Shown here in pieces: positions 21,224 through 30,258 of a stretch of 32,000 bases of DNA. The notes beneath the pieces were generated by a model that searched no databases, was not told where the DNA came from, and saw only the letters and a list, made by a program, of their open reading frames with translations. The position numbers were made by a program, and so were the translations under genes. Origin of the DNA: Alkalilimnicola ehrlichii MLHE-1. Lineage in GTDB: Bacteria; Pseudomonadota; Gammaproteobacteria; Nitrococcales; Halorhodospiraceae. Each line of letters starts with the position of its first letter. Position 1 is the first letter of the stretch. The stretch covers positions 1,740,001 to 1,772,000 of the forward strand of contig NC_008340.1 in assembly GCF_000014785.1 (NCBI RefSeq). The letters are read 5' to 3'.

Positions 21224-22495
21224 ATGTTTGATACCGCGGCTGCGCTCTTGGAGAAGATACAGCTTGGGGAAGATTCCTTCCTTGAGCTGAAGGAGGTTCG
21301 GATCGCCGGGAAGCGAGTGACCGCACCACATCGCAACTCACTGGTGGACGAATTGGCAGCGTTTGCGAATGCCAAGGGCGGTGTCTGTGTGCTCGGTGTG
21401 GATGATGCAACGCGAGAAATTCTCGGGATTCCGCGAGACAAGCTGGACCTTGTGACTGACTATGTCCGGCAGACCTGCCTGGACTCAGTGACACCACCGT
21501 TGACCCCAGTTATTGAGCGGCTACTTCTGCCTACGACCACCGGTGACGAGGTGGCCGTATTGAAGGTGGAAATCGGTCGCAGCTTGTGGGTGCATCGCAG
21601 CCCCGGCGGCTATATGCATCGGGTGGGTGATGAAAAGCGTGAAATGGCGCCGGACTTCCTCGCCCGACTGTTTCAGCAGCGCAGTCAGGCCCGAATCATT
21701 CGCTTTGACGAGCAGCCAGTGCCGAATGCCACCCTGGATGACTTGAATGAGGCGCTTTGGCAACGATTCGCAACCGCACGTACCCGGGATAACCGCGATG
21801 ACCTGCTGCGAAAGCTCGGCATGGCCCGCATGGATGACGATGTCTTGCGCCCGTCGGTGGCGGGTATCCTTCTGGCTTCCGATGATCCTCGCCATTGGCT
21901 GCCCAATGCGTTTATTCAGGCGGTCGCCTACCGGGGTACTGAAATTCGACCGGTAGGCGACCAAGCGTACCAGCTTGATGCAGCAGATCTCACCGGGCCT
22001 TTGGATCAACAGGTGCTTTCTGCCTGCCATTTTGTCAGCAAAAATATGCGAGTCGCCGCGTCCAAAAGCGTGGGCCGAGAGGATGTTCCTCAGTTTGATA
22101 TGACAGCCGTATTCGAGGCCATCGTCAACGCGGTCGCGCATCGTGACTACGCTATGCAGGACGCCAAGATCCGGTTGCGCGTATTCGCAGACCGCATGGA
22201 ACTGTACTCCCCCGGAGCCATCCCTAACACCATGACGGTGGATAGCCTACCGTACCGCCAGGCTGCACGGAATGAAACGATTACCAGTTTGCTGGCGAAA
22301 TGTCGGGTGCCGGATGAAGGCGGGCTGGGAACAGGCCGATCCACCATGATGGATAAGCGGGGCGAAGGCGTGTCCATCATCCTTCAAAATAGTGAAATGC
22401 TGTCCGGTCGTGTCCCGGAATACAGCCTGGTTGATGATAGTGAGCTCCGCCTGGTGATTTACGCACCAGCGGAAACGGATGGAGGGGAAGACTGA
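21224..22495 (+). CDS. AlbA_2 (Schlafen-like DNA-binding) plus HATPase_c_4-like ATP-binding protein, 423 aa
   Basis: N-terminus [10 protein letters not shown] ... [22 protein letters not shown] is the typical AlbA_2 divergent AAA-like box. C-terminus [34 protein letters not shown] is the GHKL-like box seen in RecG-related putative regulators. RBS aaggagg at 21209-21215, with a 3-nt gap after the upstream stop. Confidence 0.8.
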   Translation: MFDTAAALLEKIQLGEDSFLELKEVRIAGKRVTAPHRNSLVDELAAFANAKGGVCVLGVDDATREILGIPRDKLDLVTDYVRQTCLDSVTPPLTPVIERLLLPTTTGDEVAVLKVEIGRSLWVHRSPGGYMHRVGDEKREMAPDFLARLFQQRSQARIIRFDEQPVPNATLDDLNEALWQRFATARTRDNRDDLLRKLGMARMDDDVLRPSVAGILLASDDPRHWLPNAFIQAVAYRGTEIRPVGDQAYQLDAADLTGPLDQQVLSACHFVSKNMRVAASKSVGREDVPQFDMTAVFEAIVNAVAHRDYAMQDAKIRLRVFADRMELYSPGAIPNTMTVDSLPYRQAARNETITSLLAKCRVPDEGGLGTGRSTMMDKRGEGVSIILQNSEMLSGRVPEYSLVDDSELRLVIYAPAETDGGED

Positions 22496-22497
22496 GC

Positions 22498-25400
22498 ATG
22501 CCGCCTCGTAGACGCAACAACCGGCCGCAGGTGCCGTTCGCCTACAAGCTGGTGCTGAACCAGTGGCTGTTCAGCCTGTTTGGGCTGGCGTCCACTGACG
22601 GCTTCTTTACCTGGAACGGAAAGCGCCTGCCGTTACTGGAAGCCTTCAAGCAGAAGTTTCAGTTGAGCGAAGACAGCGCCGGCGGGTTGGACGAGAACAA
22701 CATCCACCGCTTCCACACGGCCCTGACCAACCAGACCGACCCGCTGCCCGAACTGCCGGCCGATCTATTGCTCGAGTATGACCAGAATATCGTCCGTCAT
22801 ACCCAGCGTTTGAACGAGCGCCGGCTGGCGCGCGGCGAAGAGGCTATCGCCTGGAAGTACTTCCAGTACCTGTCGCTGCTGTTCACCGAAATCTATCTGG
22901 ACCGTTATTTCTCCGATGCGGATGCCTTGCTGGCCTCGATCAACGAACAGATTGAGCGCTACAACGCGGACAAGCCGGAACCGGACCAGGTCCCAAATCT
23001 GGATCCGGAAGGCGATGTCACCGGGCAGTTGAACAAGCTGGCCTTCTGGAGCGCCACCGGCTCCGGTAAGACGCTGATCATGCACGCCAATATCCTGCAA
23101 TATCAGCACTACCTGACCAAGCACCGCCGCCGCCGCGAGCTCAACCGGATCATCCTGTTGACGCCCAACGAAGGGTTGAGCCAGCAACACCTGCGAGATT
23201 TCCAGGCTGCCGGGATCGAGGCGGAGTTGTTCGACAAGAACGGTCGCGGGCTGTTCGCCGGGCAGGCTGTCGAGATCATCGACATCAATAAACTGCGCGA
23301 CGAGATGGGCGATAAGACGGTTGCCGTCGATGCCTTCGAGAACAACAACCTCGTGCTGATCGATGAAGGGCATCGGGGTGCCAGTTCCGGTGAGACCGGC
23401 ACCTGGATGCGCTTTCGCAATGCATTGTGCGAGCAGGGTTTTTCCTTCGAATACTCCGCCACTTTCGGCCAGGCGGTAAAGCGCAGCTCCCAACTGGCGG
23501 CCCAGTACGAGCGTTGCGTGCTTTTCGACTATTCCTACAAGTATTTCTATGGCGACGGCTATGGCAAGGACTACCAGATCCTGAACCTGGACCCGCAGAC
23601 CCAGGAAAACACTATGGAGGTTTACCTGGTGGCCTGCTTGCTGTCTTTCTTCCAGCAGCTGCGCTTGTATCGCGAACAGGCTGTGGCTTGCCGGCCGTTC
23701 AATATTGAGAAGCCGTTGTGGATCTTCGTCGGCGGCCGGGTCACCGCGTCTCTTTCGACCAAGGATGCCTCCGACATTGTTGAGATTCTGCGCTTTTTGG
23801 CGCGCTTTCTCGGTGATCGTGCCGGGAGTACGGCGCGCATCCGGCGGGTGCTGGAGGAAGGCTTGATTGCTGCCGATGGGCGCAATCTATTTGCCCGGCG
23901 TTTTGCCTACCTGAACGGATTGGGGCTTTCGGCCGAGCAACTGTTCGAGGAAGTACAGGCCAGCCTCTTCAATGCCGCAGGGGGCGGCGCGCTGCACGTG
24001 GAGAACCTGAAGGGTGTCCCGGGGGAAATCGCTTTGCGCGTTGGCGACAATGAGCCGTTCGGCGTGATCAATGTCGGCAATGACAGCAGACTGTGCTCGC
24101 TCTGTGAGAACGAAGACGGGCTGCTGGTCGGTGATCGGGATTTCAAGGGCTCCCTGTTCCAGTCCATCAATGCTCCCGATTCGTCTGTCAATGTACTGAT
24201 CGGCTCCAAGAAGTTCACCGAAGGCTGGAACAGTTGGCGCGTCAGTACCATGGGGCTGATGAATGTGGGCAGCACGGAGGGTTCGCAGATCATCCAGCTT
24301 TTTGGCCGCGGGGTGCGCCTGAAGGGTTATGACGGCAGCCTGAAGCGCAGTGCCAGGGTGAACCTCCCGGAGGATGTCGCGCGGCCAGGACACCTGCCGA
24401 CACTCGAAACCCTGAATATCTTCGGCATCAAGGCCGACTACATGGCCCAGTTCCGCGAGTTTCTCGAAGAAGAGGGGCTGCCGTCTAACGAGGAGCGTAT
24501 CGAGTTCCTGCTGCCCGTGATTCGCAACCTGGGTCAGAAGCAGCTCAAGACCATTCGCTTGAAGAAGACCATCAACGGGGTAAGTACCCAGTTCGGTGAC
24601 GCCTTCAAAAAGCTCGGGCCAGTGCCGACACTGGCCCGGCCCGATCCCGCGCAGGAGGCGGCCACCCGGTATCTGCAAACCAATCCGGTTGTGCTGAATT
24701 GGTATCCCAAGATCCAGGCGATGCGCTCCAGTGGCGTCGGTGCCGTGGAGGAGGATCGTCAGCCGGATCAGGGTGCCCTGAGCAAGAGACACATCGCCTT
24801 TCTCGACCTGGACGCGCTGTATTTCGAGCTACAACGCTTCAAGGCTGAGCGGGCCTGGCACAACCTGAACCTGCCACGGGATGTGTTGCCCGAACTGCTG
24901 GCCGACCAGAGCTGGTATCGGTTGCTAATCCCGGAGTCCGAGCTGGCCTTCGATTCCTTCGAGAAGATTCACCTGTGGCAGGAACTCGCCGAGGCGCTGC
25001 TCAAGAAGTACTGTGAGCGCTACTACTCGTTCCGCAAAAAGGAATGGGAGCTGCCACACCTGGAGTATCGCTATCTGGATGCCAACGATCCGAACTTTCC
25101 TCAGGTCAATGAGGATTTCCCGGAGGGATACCACCGCATCCTGGTGGAAGAGTCTCAGACCGAGATTGTCGCCAAGCTCAAGGAGCTCAAAGCACAGATT
25201 GATGCGGGCACGCTGAAACCCTGGCAGTTTGGCGGCCTGCAAGCTATTCCATTTGGTCGCCACCTGTACGAGCCACTGTTGCATCTGGCGGGCTCAACCG
25301 TCGAGATCAGTCCCGCACCCCTGAACCAGGGCGAGAGGCGCTTCGTGGAAGACCTGAGGGACTACTGTGACTCGAAACCGGCATTACTGCAGGACAAGGA

Positions 25401-25812
25401 ACTCTATCTGCTACGTAACCTGAGCAAGGGCCGCGGCGTAGGCTTCTTTGAGGCAGGTAACTTCCATCCCGATTTCATCGTTTGGTTGATCGCTGATGGT
25501 CAGGAGTACATCTCGTTCGTCGATCCCAAAGGGATTCGAAACCTCGGTGCCCAGGACCCGAAAATCCAGTTCCACCAGACCATCAAGGAAATCGAAGATC
25601 GGCTTGGCGATTCAACTGTGACGCTGAACAGTTTCGTGATTTCCAATACGCCAGCGCATGAGATGCGATTGCTTTGGGGGGTGGACAAGGCGCAGATGGA
25701 AGCCTGGCATGTTCTTTTCCAGCAGGAGGACAAGGCCAGTTATATCGATTCGCTACTCGCCAAATCACTTGAGCCTGTCAAGTCTCCCGCGAAGGGATCC
25801 GTTTCCAAGTAA
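22498..25812 (+). CDS. SF2 (DEAD/DEAH, type III Res-like) helicase with C-terminal PD-(D/E)xK nuclease motif, 1104 aa
   Basis: Helicase motifs: WSATGSGKT (I, about 23050-23073), LIDEGHRG (II, 23362-23373), YSATF (III), QLFGRGVRL (VI). C-terminal nuclease motif HPDFIVW ... x16 ... FVDPKG (25468-25530). RBS ggagggg at 22481-22487, with a 2-nt gap after the upstream stop. Confidence 0.88.
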   Translation: MPPRRRNNRPQVPFAYKLVLNQWLFSLFGLASTDGFFTWNGKRLPLLEAFKQKFQLSEDSAGGLDENNIHRFHTALTNQTDPLPELPADLLLEYDQNIVRHTQRLNERRLARGEEAIAWKYFQYLSLLFTEIYLDRYFSDADALLASINEQIERYNADKPEPDQVPNLDPEGDVTGQLNKLAFWSATGSGKTLIMHANILQYQHYLTKHRRRRELNRIILLTPNEGLSQQHLRDFQAAGIEAELFDKNGRGLFAGQAVEIIDINKLRDEMGDKTVAVDAFENNNLVLIDEGHRGASSGETGTWMRFRNALCEQGFSFEYSATFGQAVKRSSQLAAQYERCVLFDYSYKYFYGDGYGKDYQILNLDPQTQENTMEVYLVACLLSFFQQLRLYREQAVACRPFNIEKPLWIFVGGRVTASLSTKDASDIVEILRFLARFLGDRAGSTARIRRVLEEGLIAADGRNLFARRFAYLNGLGLSAEQLFEEVQASLFNAAGGGALHVENLKGVPGEIALRVGDNEPFGVINVGNDSRLCSLCENEDGLLVGDRDFKGSLFQSINAPDSSVNVLIGSKKFTEGWNSWRVSTMGLMNVGSTEGSQIIQLFGRGVRLKGYDGSLKRSARVNLPEDVARPGHLPTLETLNIFGIKADYMAQFREFLEEEGLPSNEERIEFLLPVIRNLGQKQLKTIRLKKTINGVSTQFGDAFKKLGPVPTLARPDPAQEAATRYLQTNPVVLNWYPKIQAMRSSGVGAVEEDRQPDQGALSKRHIAFLDLDALYFELQRFKAERAWHNLNLPRDVLPELLADQSWYRLLIPESELAFDSFEKIHLWQELAEALLKKYCERYYSFRKKEWELPHLEYRYLDANDPNFPQVNEDFPEGYHRILVEESQTEIVAKLKELKAQIDAGTLKPWQFGGLQAIPFGRHLYEPLLHLAGSTVEISPAPLNQGERRFVEDLRDYCDSKPALLQDKELYLLRNLSKGRGVGFFEAGNFHPDFIVWLIADGQEYISFVDPKGIRNLGAQDPKIQFHQTIKEIEDRLGDSTVTLNSFVISNTPAHEMRLLWGVDKAQMEAWHVLFQQEDKASYIDSLLAKSLEPVKSPAKGSVSK

Positions 25813-26093
25813 CGTAAGAACGGCGTACTTATGGGGATCGAGTAGGAGGGGGTGTTACCACCCCCGTCCTCTCACACCACCGGGCATACGGTTCCGTACC
25901 ACGGCGGTTCACGTAAGACGCTTGAGCCCATGGTAGTGGTCCATCAGCGATACCAGTTGAAGCTGATCAAAGTGCTTCTTGGGCAGCGCCTGGTTCAGGT
26001 GCGACGCCCCGGCATTCCACCACGGGCCACGCCCGTTGGTGGCACTGCGCCAGGCCCGCTCCTCGCCCAGTCCCCCGAAGTTCGACACCTCAA
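25813..26093 (-). mobile_element. 3' remnant of a group II intron (maturase C-terminus plus domain V/VI region); ends approximate
   Basis: A minus-strand frame gives ...NGRGPWWNAGASHLNQALPKKHFDQLQLVSLMDHYHGLKRLT*, with the stop at 25909-25911. This resembles the conserved C-terminal tail of bacterial group II intron reverse transcriptase/maturases as I recall them. A 34-nt domain V-like hairpin follows about 35 nt downstream. The 5' part of the intron is absent. Confidence 0.55.
25840..25873 (-). ncRNA. group II intron domain V-like hairpin
   Basis: The minus strand reads GAGAGGACGGGGGUG-GUAA-CACCCCCUCCUACUC. It is exactly 34 nt, has a GNRA tetraloop, a 7-bp upper stem and a GAG/CUC base. 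The lower stem is imperfect. Confidence 0.45.
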
Positions 26094-26284
26094 GCGGGCC
26101 TGTTTACGCCAATTGTACAAGGTCGCCGCGGAAATCCCCTCGGCCTCGGCCACATCAGGGACAGTGCGGTTCATCGGTGGTGCCAGCTTGCGCAGGACAG
26201 CTTCCTTACGCTCCGCGGAGTAGTGCTTCATGGTTGTCACCTGCTGGTTGCATAGAGGCGACAACTACGTTGACCGATAGGGCA
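26094..26284 (-). mobile_element. inverted partial second copy of the IS3-like left end plus orfA 5' part (same family as 9050-9550)
   Basis: High (roughly 95%) nucleotide identity to 9050-9240 by my eye alignment. Encoded MKHYSAERKEAVLRKLAPPMNRTVPDVAEAEGISAATLYNWRKQA differs at 2 residues. Homology stops abruptly at 26094, where intron-derived sequence begins. Confidence 0.7.
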
Positions 26285-26445
26285 CTGCGCTCCCACGCAT
26301 AATGCTCTGTGTGTGAGCATACTAATACTGTACGCTTATAATAAATATTTATTTGAGAGAAAGACGCTGAACACTCACTTCCTCGGTACGCGGCCAGTGA
26401 GAACGCATGACATGAGCCTCATCTTTCCAACTCAACGCTTGAAAT

Positions 26446-26796
26446 CTATCTGAGCATATCCCTCAACCTGCTTCTCCTGCTATCTGATTCATCCAAAACA
26501 TCATCTAAATTATCCTTCAGCACCTCATTTTCTGACTCGAGCTCTTTATTTTTTCGGATTAGATTGTCCTGTATTGAAATGAGACTTTTAATGACCTGCT
26601 CCGGATCATCAAAGTCGATTTCTTCTGGTCGGACATCCCCACCGGAGAGCCCCGCTCTCTCTGCTTGGGAGAGCGCACGCTCCACTTCTGACTTAACTGC
26701 CCGGTCAAGCACGTACCGAGCGGCATCCTCACTGCTACAGGCTACAACGGCGACTGCAACAACAACACCCAGGATCACAGAATTAATCTTAGCCAT
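26446..26796 (-). CDS. small lipoprotein with acidic coiled-coil C-terminal part, 116 aa
   Basis: Signal peptide plus lipobox (ILGVVVAVAVVAC|SS), followed by heptad-like NLIRKNKELESENEVLKDNLDDVL. RBS aaggaa. The start overlaps the upstream gene's stop by 8 nt. Low-GC coding sequence. Confidence 0.65.
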   Translation of the reverse strand: MAKINSVILGVVVAVAVVACSSEDAARYVLDRAVKSEVERALSQAERAGLSGGDVRPEEIDFDDPEQVIKSLISIQDNLIRKNKELESENEVLKDNLDDVLDESDSRRSRLRDMLR

Positions 26797-27874
26797 TACT
26801 TTCCTTCCGGGATTCCGGACCCCCCTTTAGCCAGGCAATTGATCGCTTCGCGAAATTCTCTGCGATATGACGCCTCGGCACGAGACAAAACAACCTATGG
26901 AAAACAGGAAAAACTCGATCCACCATCCCACGCTGTAGCAACACCATGGCAATGGAAAGTGGCATCATCTTCAGAAGGTTAAACAAAAAAACAAGCGCGT
27001 AAAACGCATAAAACCCGTCTAGCCGATCCTCGTCAGAAAAACCCCATATGTCAAGAAACTCATTCGCCGATGCGAGCTTGAACGCATCAAGAATAAGGTA
27101 CATATTTATTAGCGGCCGGGATATTTCATTACCCCCCAAACTCGGCACCTGATTATTTTCTGCATACTCAATGAAGTCAATCTGCCCGAGATCTGAATTG
27201 TAATCGTAGCCTACATTAGAAACAAAAAAAGAATGAAGGTCTTTCGCACTCAGCACACCCGCAAGAACGACATTAATAACAACGATGGCCAGGATTAACC
27301 CCAAAACATTTCGACCAGCATCACCTCCTGCGCCCGCGCTTTCAGAACCGTCTCTTCCAGCCTTAATATCTCCATCTTTATTTTCTATAGGACTGCAACT
27401 TTTTGGAGAACCCTCATTCTCACCAGAAGCACTTGCTGCATCCTTCGAAATATTTCTATCTTGAATACCTTTGACTGCAGCGCTCCCCAAGAAATAAGAG
27501 ACAAAGAAAGCACATATCAAAAGCAGAAAGAAGACAGGAACCACACCATGACTTATAACCGCTCCTTTCGCAACCAGAGAAAAGATAATGGACAATATAA
27601 AGGCAAAAGCCGCAGACCCTAATAGCTGCCAGGCGGACCCACTTTTCTCAAAGAACGCACGAAGCACGGAACCTTTCTCAAAGAATACTTTTACGGAGTT
27701 TCGCAGCACCATCTGAACATCATAGGCAGCACCCCATAAAACCAAAAAAACCACACCAAAAAGCAAAGAAAAACCAAGATCAGTTCTTCCAAATAGAAAA
27801 ACCAAACCGAAAAAAGGGATCATTGACACCAAGACTAAACACCACCTTTTGGAACGACCCATTACTCCCCCCAC
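26789..27874 (-). CDS. polytopic inner-membrane protein of unknown function, 361 aa
   Basis: At least 5-6 hydrophobic segments, including WCLVLVSMIPFFGLVFLF, LLFGVVFLVLWGAAY, LLGSAAFAFILSIIFSLV, VVPVFFLLLICAFFVSYFLG, VLGLILAIVVINVVLAGVL, FYAFYALVFLFNLL. It also has a central G/S/D/E-rich loop. The GTG at 27874 or the ATG at 27862 are possible starts. About 40-48% GC. Confidence 0.65.
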   Translation of the reverse strand: MGGVMGRSKRWCLVLVSMIPFFGLVFLFGRTDLGFSLLFGVVFLVLWGAAYDVQMVLRNSVKVFFEKGSVLRAFFEKSGSAWQLLGSAAFAFILSIIFSLVAKGAVISHGVVPVFFLLLICAFFVSYFLGSAAVKGIQDRNISKDAASASGENEGSPKSCSPIENKDGDIKAGRDGSESAGAGGDAGRNVLGLILAIVVINVVLAGVLSAKDLHSFFVSNVGYDYNSDLGQIDFIEYAENNQVPSLGGNEISRPLINMYLILDAFKLASANEFLDIWGFSDEDRLDGFYAFYALVFLFNLLKMMPLSIAMVLLQRGMVDRVFPVFHRLFCLVPRRHIAENFAKRSIAWLKGGPESRKESNG

Positions 27875-27892
27875 GCAGGATGTTCCCGAATT

Positions 27893-29086
27893 TTATTGCC
27901 ATAGCGACAAGGGTTGTCCAGTTGTAACAACCGCTCCATAGCGGCATTTTATGGTGATCGTATCACGCCATATGACCCATACAACATCGAGAGCCTCCAC
28001 CTCGTGGCGGCCAGGTAGCTGACCGAACCCATCCGTGAAATACACCAGCACCCTCGGCGGATCCGACTTCAAGGCCTCGAACACCGGCCTGAAGTCCGTC
28101 CCCCCACCCCCCTTCAGAATCATCTCAGGCCTCAGATCCGCAGCAGTCACGTACTCATCGCTCTGGATATCGGCATCCGCTTGGATCAACCGAATCCGCG
28201 TATCCGGCCACTGACCCGCAATGCCCCGCAACTCTGCCAGGAACGCGGGCAGGTAGTCCTGCGTGCTGCCGCTGGTGTCGATGGCCACCGCCAGGTCCAC
28301 CCGCTCCCGCGCCGGCCCGGGCAGGTAAAGCTCACGACTGAGGTACCTGCGGTTCGGTGTGGTCCATTGACGCCTGCCCGGGTCCAGGCGGGGAACAAGG
28401 TAGCGTCTCAGGACAGTCTGCCAGGGCACTTGCGGACGGGTCAGGCTGCGCACCAGGCTGCCCATGACGCCGGGCAGACGCCCGATGCCCCGACCACCGT
28501 GGCCCCGGGCCTGCACTTGCTGCCAGGCCCCCACCACCCGTTGCTGCCAACCTTTCCAGATACGCTCGTCGGGTCGCGGGCAGAGGTCGGGATCGCTACG
28601 GCCAAGGGACGGGGCGCGCCAGGTGTGCCTGTCCCGGAATCGGCCCCGGCCCTCATCCGTCAGGTCCTCCGGCAGAACCTCGTAGATGGACTCTGCGCTC
28701 CATCCGCGCCAGTGCCGTCTGTACAGCGCGCCTTTGGGCACGGTCATGCCGGTCTCCGCGAGCAGGCCATTCACCTCGTAGTCCACCGCGTGATTCCACC
28801 GGACCGTGTCCCGACCCTGGCGGCGCAGGTGATGCAGGGCCGCGCAGTGCCATACCTCGTGCGCCAGCACGAAGAGCCGGTCCTCGTCGCTGAGCCGGCA
28901 GAGAAAGTTCGCATTGCCGAAAACCGTGCGGCCATCGGTGGCAGCGGTGGGCAGGGCCCCGTCCACCACCGGTTGCAGTTCCAGTTGCATGGCCAGCATG
29001 CCGATGAACGGCTGCTCGAAGACCAGCCGCGCCCGGTCGTTCTCCCACAGCGCGAGCGCCTTTTCCTTGACCTCGGCCCGCTTCAT
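27893..29086 (-). CDS. VWA-domain protein with N-terminal HExxH metallopeptidase-like domain (DUF2201-type), 397 aa
   Basis: The Met at 29086 (MKRAEVKEK) overlaps the MoxR stop (ATGA). HExxH motif AHEVWHCAALHH (HEVWH at 28847-28861). MIDAS residues AIDTSGST, GGGTDF, YFTDG. The 746-aa track ORF is an artefactual upstream extension. Confidence 0.85.
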   Translation of the reverse strand: MKRAEVKEKALALWENDRARLVFEQPFIGMLAMQLELQPVVDGALPTAATDGRTVFGNANFLCRLSDEDRLFVLAHEVWHCAALHHLRRQGRDTVRWNHAVDYEVNGLLAETGMTVPKGALYRRHWRGWSAESIYEVLPEDLTDEGRGRFRDRHTWRAPSLGRSDPDLCPRPDERIWKGWQQRVVGAWQQVQARGHGGRGIGRLPGVMGSLVRSLTRPQVPWQTVLRRYLVPRLDPGRRQWTTPNRRYLSRELYLPGPARERVDLAVAIDTSGSTQDYLPAFLAELRGIAGQWPDTRIRLIQADADIQSDEYVTAADLRPEMILKGGGGTDFRPVFEALKSDPPRVLVYFTDGFGQLPGRHEVEALDVVWVIWRDTITIKCRYGAVVTTGQPLSLWQ

Positions 29087-30258
29087 GCCGACACGCCGTC
29101 CCAGCGCTGCGCGAAGGCCTGGCCGTGCCGCTCGCTCCATGCGTTGAAGGCCGGGTGCATCAGCAGTCGCTCGGAGCGGCGCTCGGTTTCTGCCTCGTCC
29201 GGCGCGTTCAGTGCATCCACCAGGGCCAGGGTGGCAAAGTCCGACGGCAGTGCCAGGGTGAGCCGGAAGAAGCCTTCCACGAGTGCATCCGAGCCCCCTT
29301 GCGGCCCCTGCCAGAGGTAGTAAACCGCTGCGGCACACAGGGCATAGCGGTGGTCGGCCCGCTCGGGGATAGTGATTTCCGCCTCTCCGCGCAGCATCGC
29401 CGGGACGTCGGGCAGAGTACGGTGCCAGGCACGAAAGGCCATCAGCTCCACTCCGGCACCGGGGCCGACCAGGCCCTGGACCAGCAGGCTCACGTCCTCC
29501 TGCGGCAGCCCGGTCCGCTCCGCCCGGTGCAACGTGTCGCTGACCCGCTCCCAGGTCCGTGGCGAGGGCCAGCCCCGCTCCAGGTTGCCGTCCATGGAGA
29601 AAAAGGCGTGGGGCTGGAAGCGCAGGAAGCCGATCACGTCCGGGTGGATGCCTCGGCTCCGGGCCCAGGGCAGCCAGGATTCCAGGTCCGGGGTGATCTC
29701 CAGGTGACAGAGCCGGTTGGCCAGCGCGCTGGAGAACGTGGTGGCCACGGCCCGGTCCTCGCTGCGATTGCCGGCCGCGCAGACCATCCATCCGGGGGGC
29801 AGTTCGTAGAGACTGCCGAGACGACGGTCGAGGATGATCTCGTAGACAGCGACCTGCAGGCTGCGATCCGCGGCGGTGAGTTCGTCGAACAGGATGATGC
29901 CGCGGCTGTCCCGGTCCCGTGGCCAGTCGGAGGAGAGCAGCCAGTCCACGGCTTCGTCCTTCGGCACGGGCAGACCACGGATATCCACCGGATCGCGCTG
30001 GGCGAGACGGATGTCGATGAAGTCGATCCCCTCCTCTTCGCACAGCTCGCGGATCACGGTGCTCTTGCCCACGCCGGGCGGCCCCCAGAGCATCATCGGC
30101 GGCACGGCGTGCGGGGCCTCGGGATGGTCCCACAGGGCGTGCAACTGATGACGCAGCAGACGACGGACGCGCGCCACGTCCGTGCCGGGTGTGGATGGGA
30201 CATCCGGGGCGAGATCGGGCATGTCGGTTCTGGACCGGGATCGGACGGGACGGTTCAT
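29083..30258 (-). CDS. MoxR-like AAA+ ATPase (AAA_5-type), 391 aa
   Basis: Walker A LWGPPGVGKST, Walker B GIILFDELTAADRS, sensor-1-like VCAAGNRSEDRA. It is paired with a downstream VWA gene, as in MoxR-VWA modules. The start overlaps the upstream gene's stop (ATGA at 30255-30258). Confidence 0.88.
   Translation of the reverse strand: MNRPVRSRSRTDMPDLAPDVPSTPGTDVARVRRLLRHQLHALWDHPEAPHAVPPMMLWGPPGVGKSTVIRELCEEEGIDFIDIRLAQRDPVDIRGLPVPKDEAVDWLLSSDWPRDRDSRGIILFDELTAADRSLQVAVYEIILDRRLGSLYELPPGWMVCAAGNRSEDRAVATTFSSALANRLCHLEITPDLESWLPWARSRGIHPDVIGFLRFQPHAFFSMDGNLERGWPSPRTWERVSDTLHRAERTGLPQEDVSLLVQGLVGPGAGVELMAFRAWHRTLPDVPAMLRGEAEITIPERADHRYALCAAAVYYLWQGPQGGSDALVEGFFRLTLALPSDFATLALVDALNAPDEAETERRSERLLMHPAFNAWSERHGQAFAQRWDGVSA

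Noticed and set aside
25845-25866. GC-rich hairpin (gagggggtg-ttac-cacccccg), considered as an ordinary rho-independent terminator of the 1104-aa gene.
   Set aside because: No T-tract follows on the plus strand. On the minus strand it forms a 34-nt GNRA-capped hairpin downstream of a maturase-like tail. It is therefore better explained as group II intron domain V, though a secondary terminator role is possible.
27893-30133. 746-aa ORF suggesting a giant VWA protein.
   Set aside because: The N-terminal 349 residues are Arg/Pro/Gly-rich shadow sequence overlapping the well-supported MoxR gene in another frame. The internal Met at 29086 (MKRAEVKEK) forms an ATGA overlap with the MoxR stop and starts the recognisable HExxH/VWA protein.
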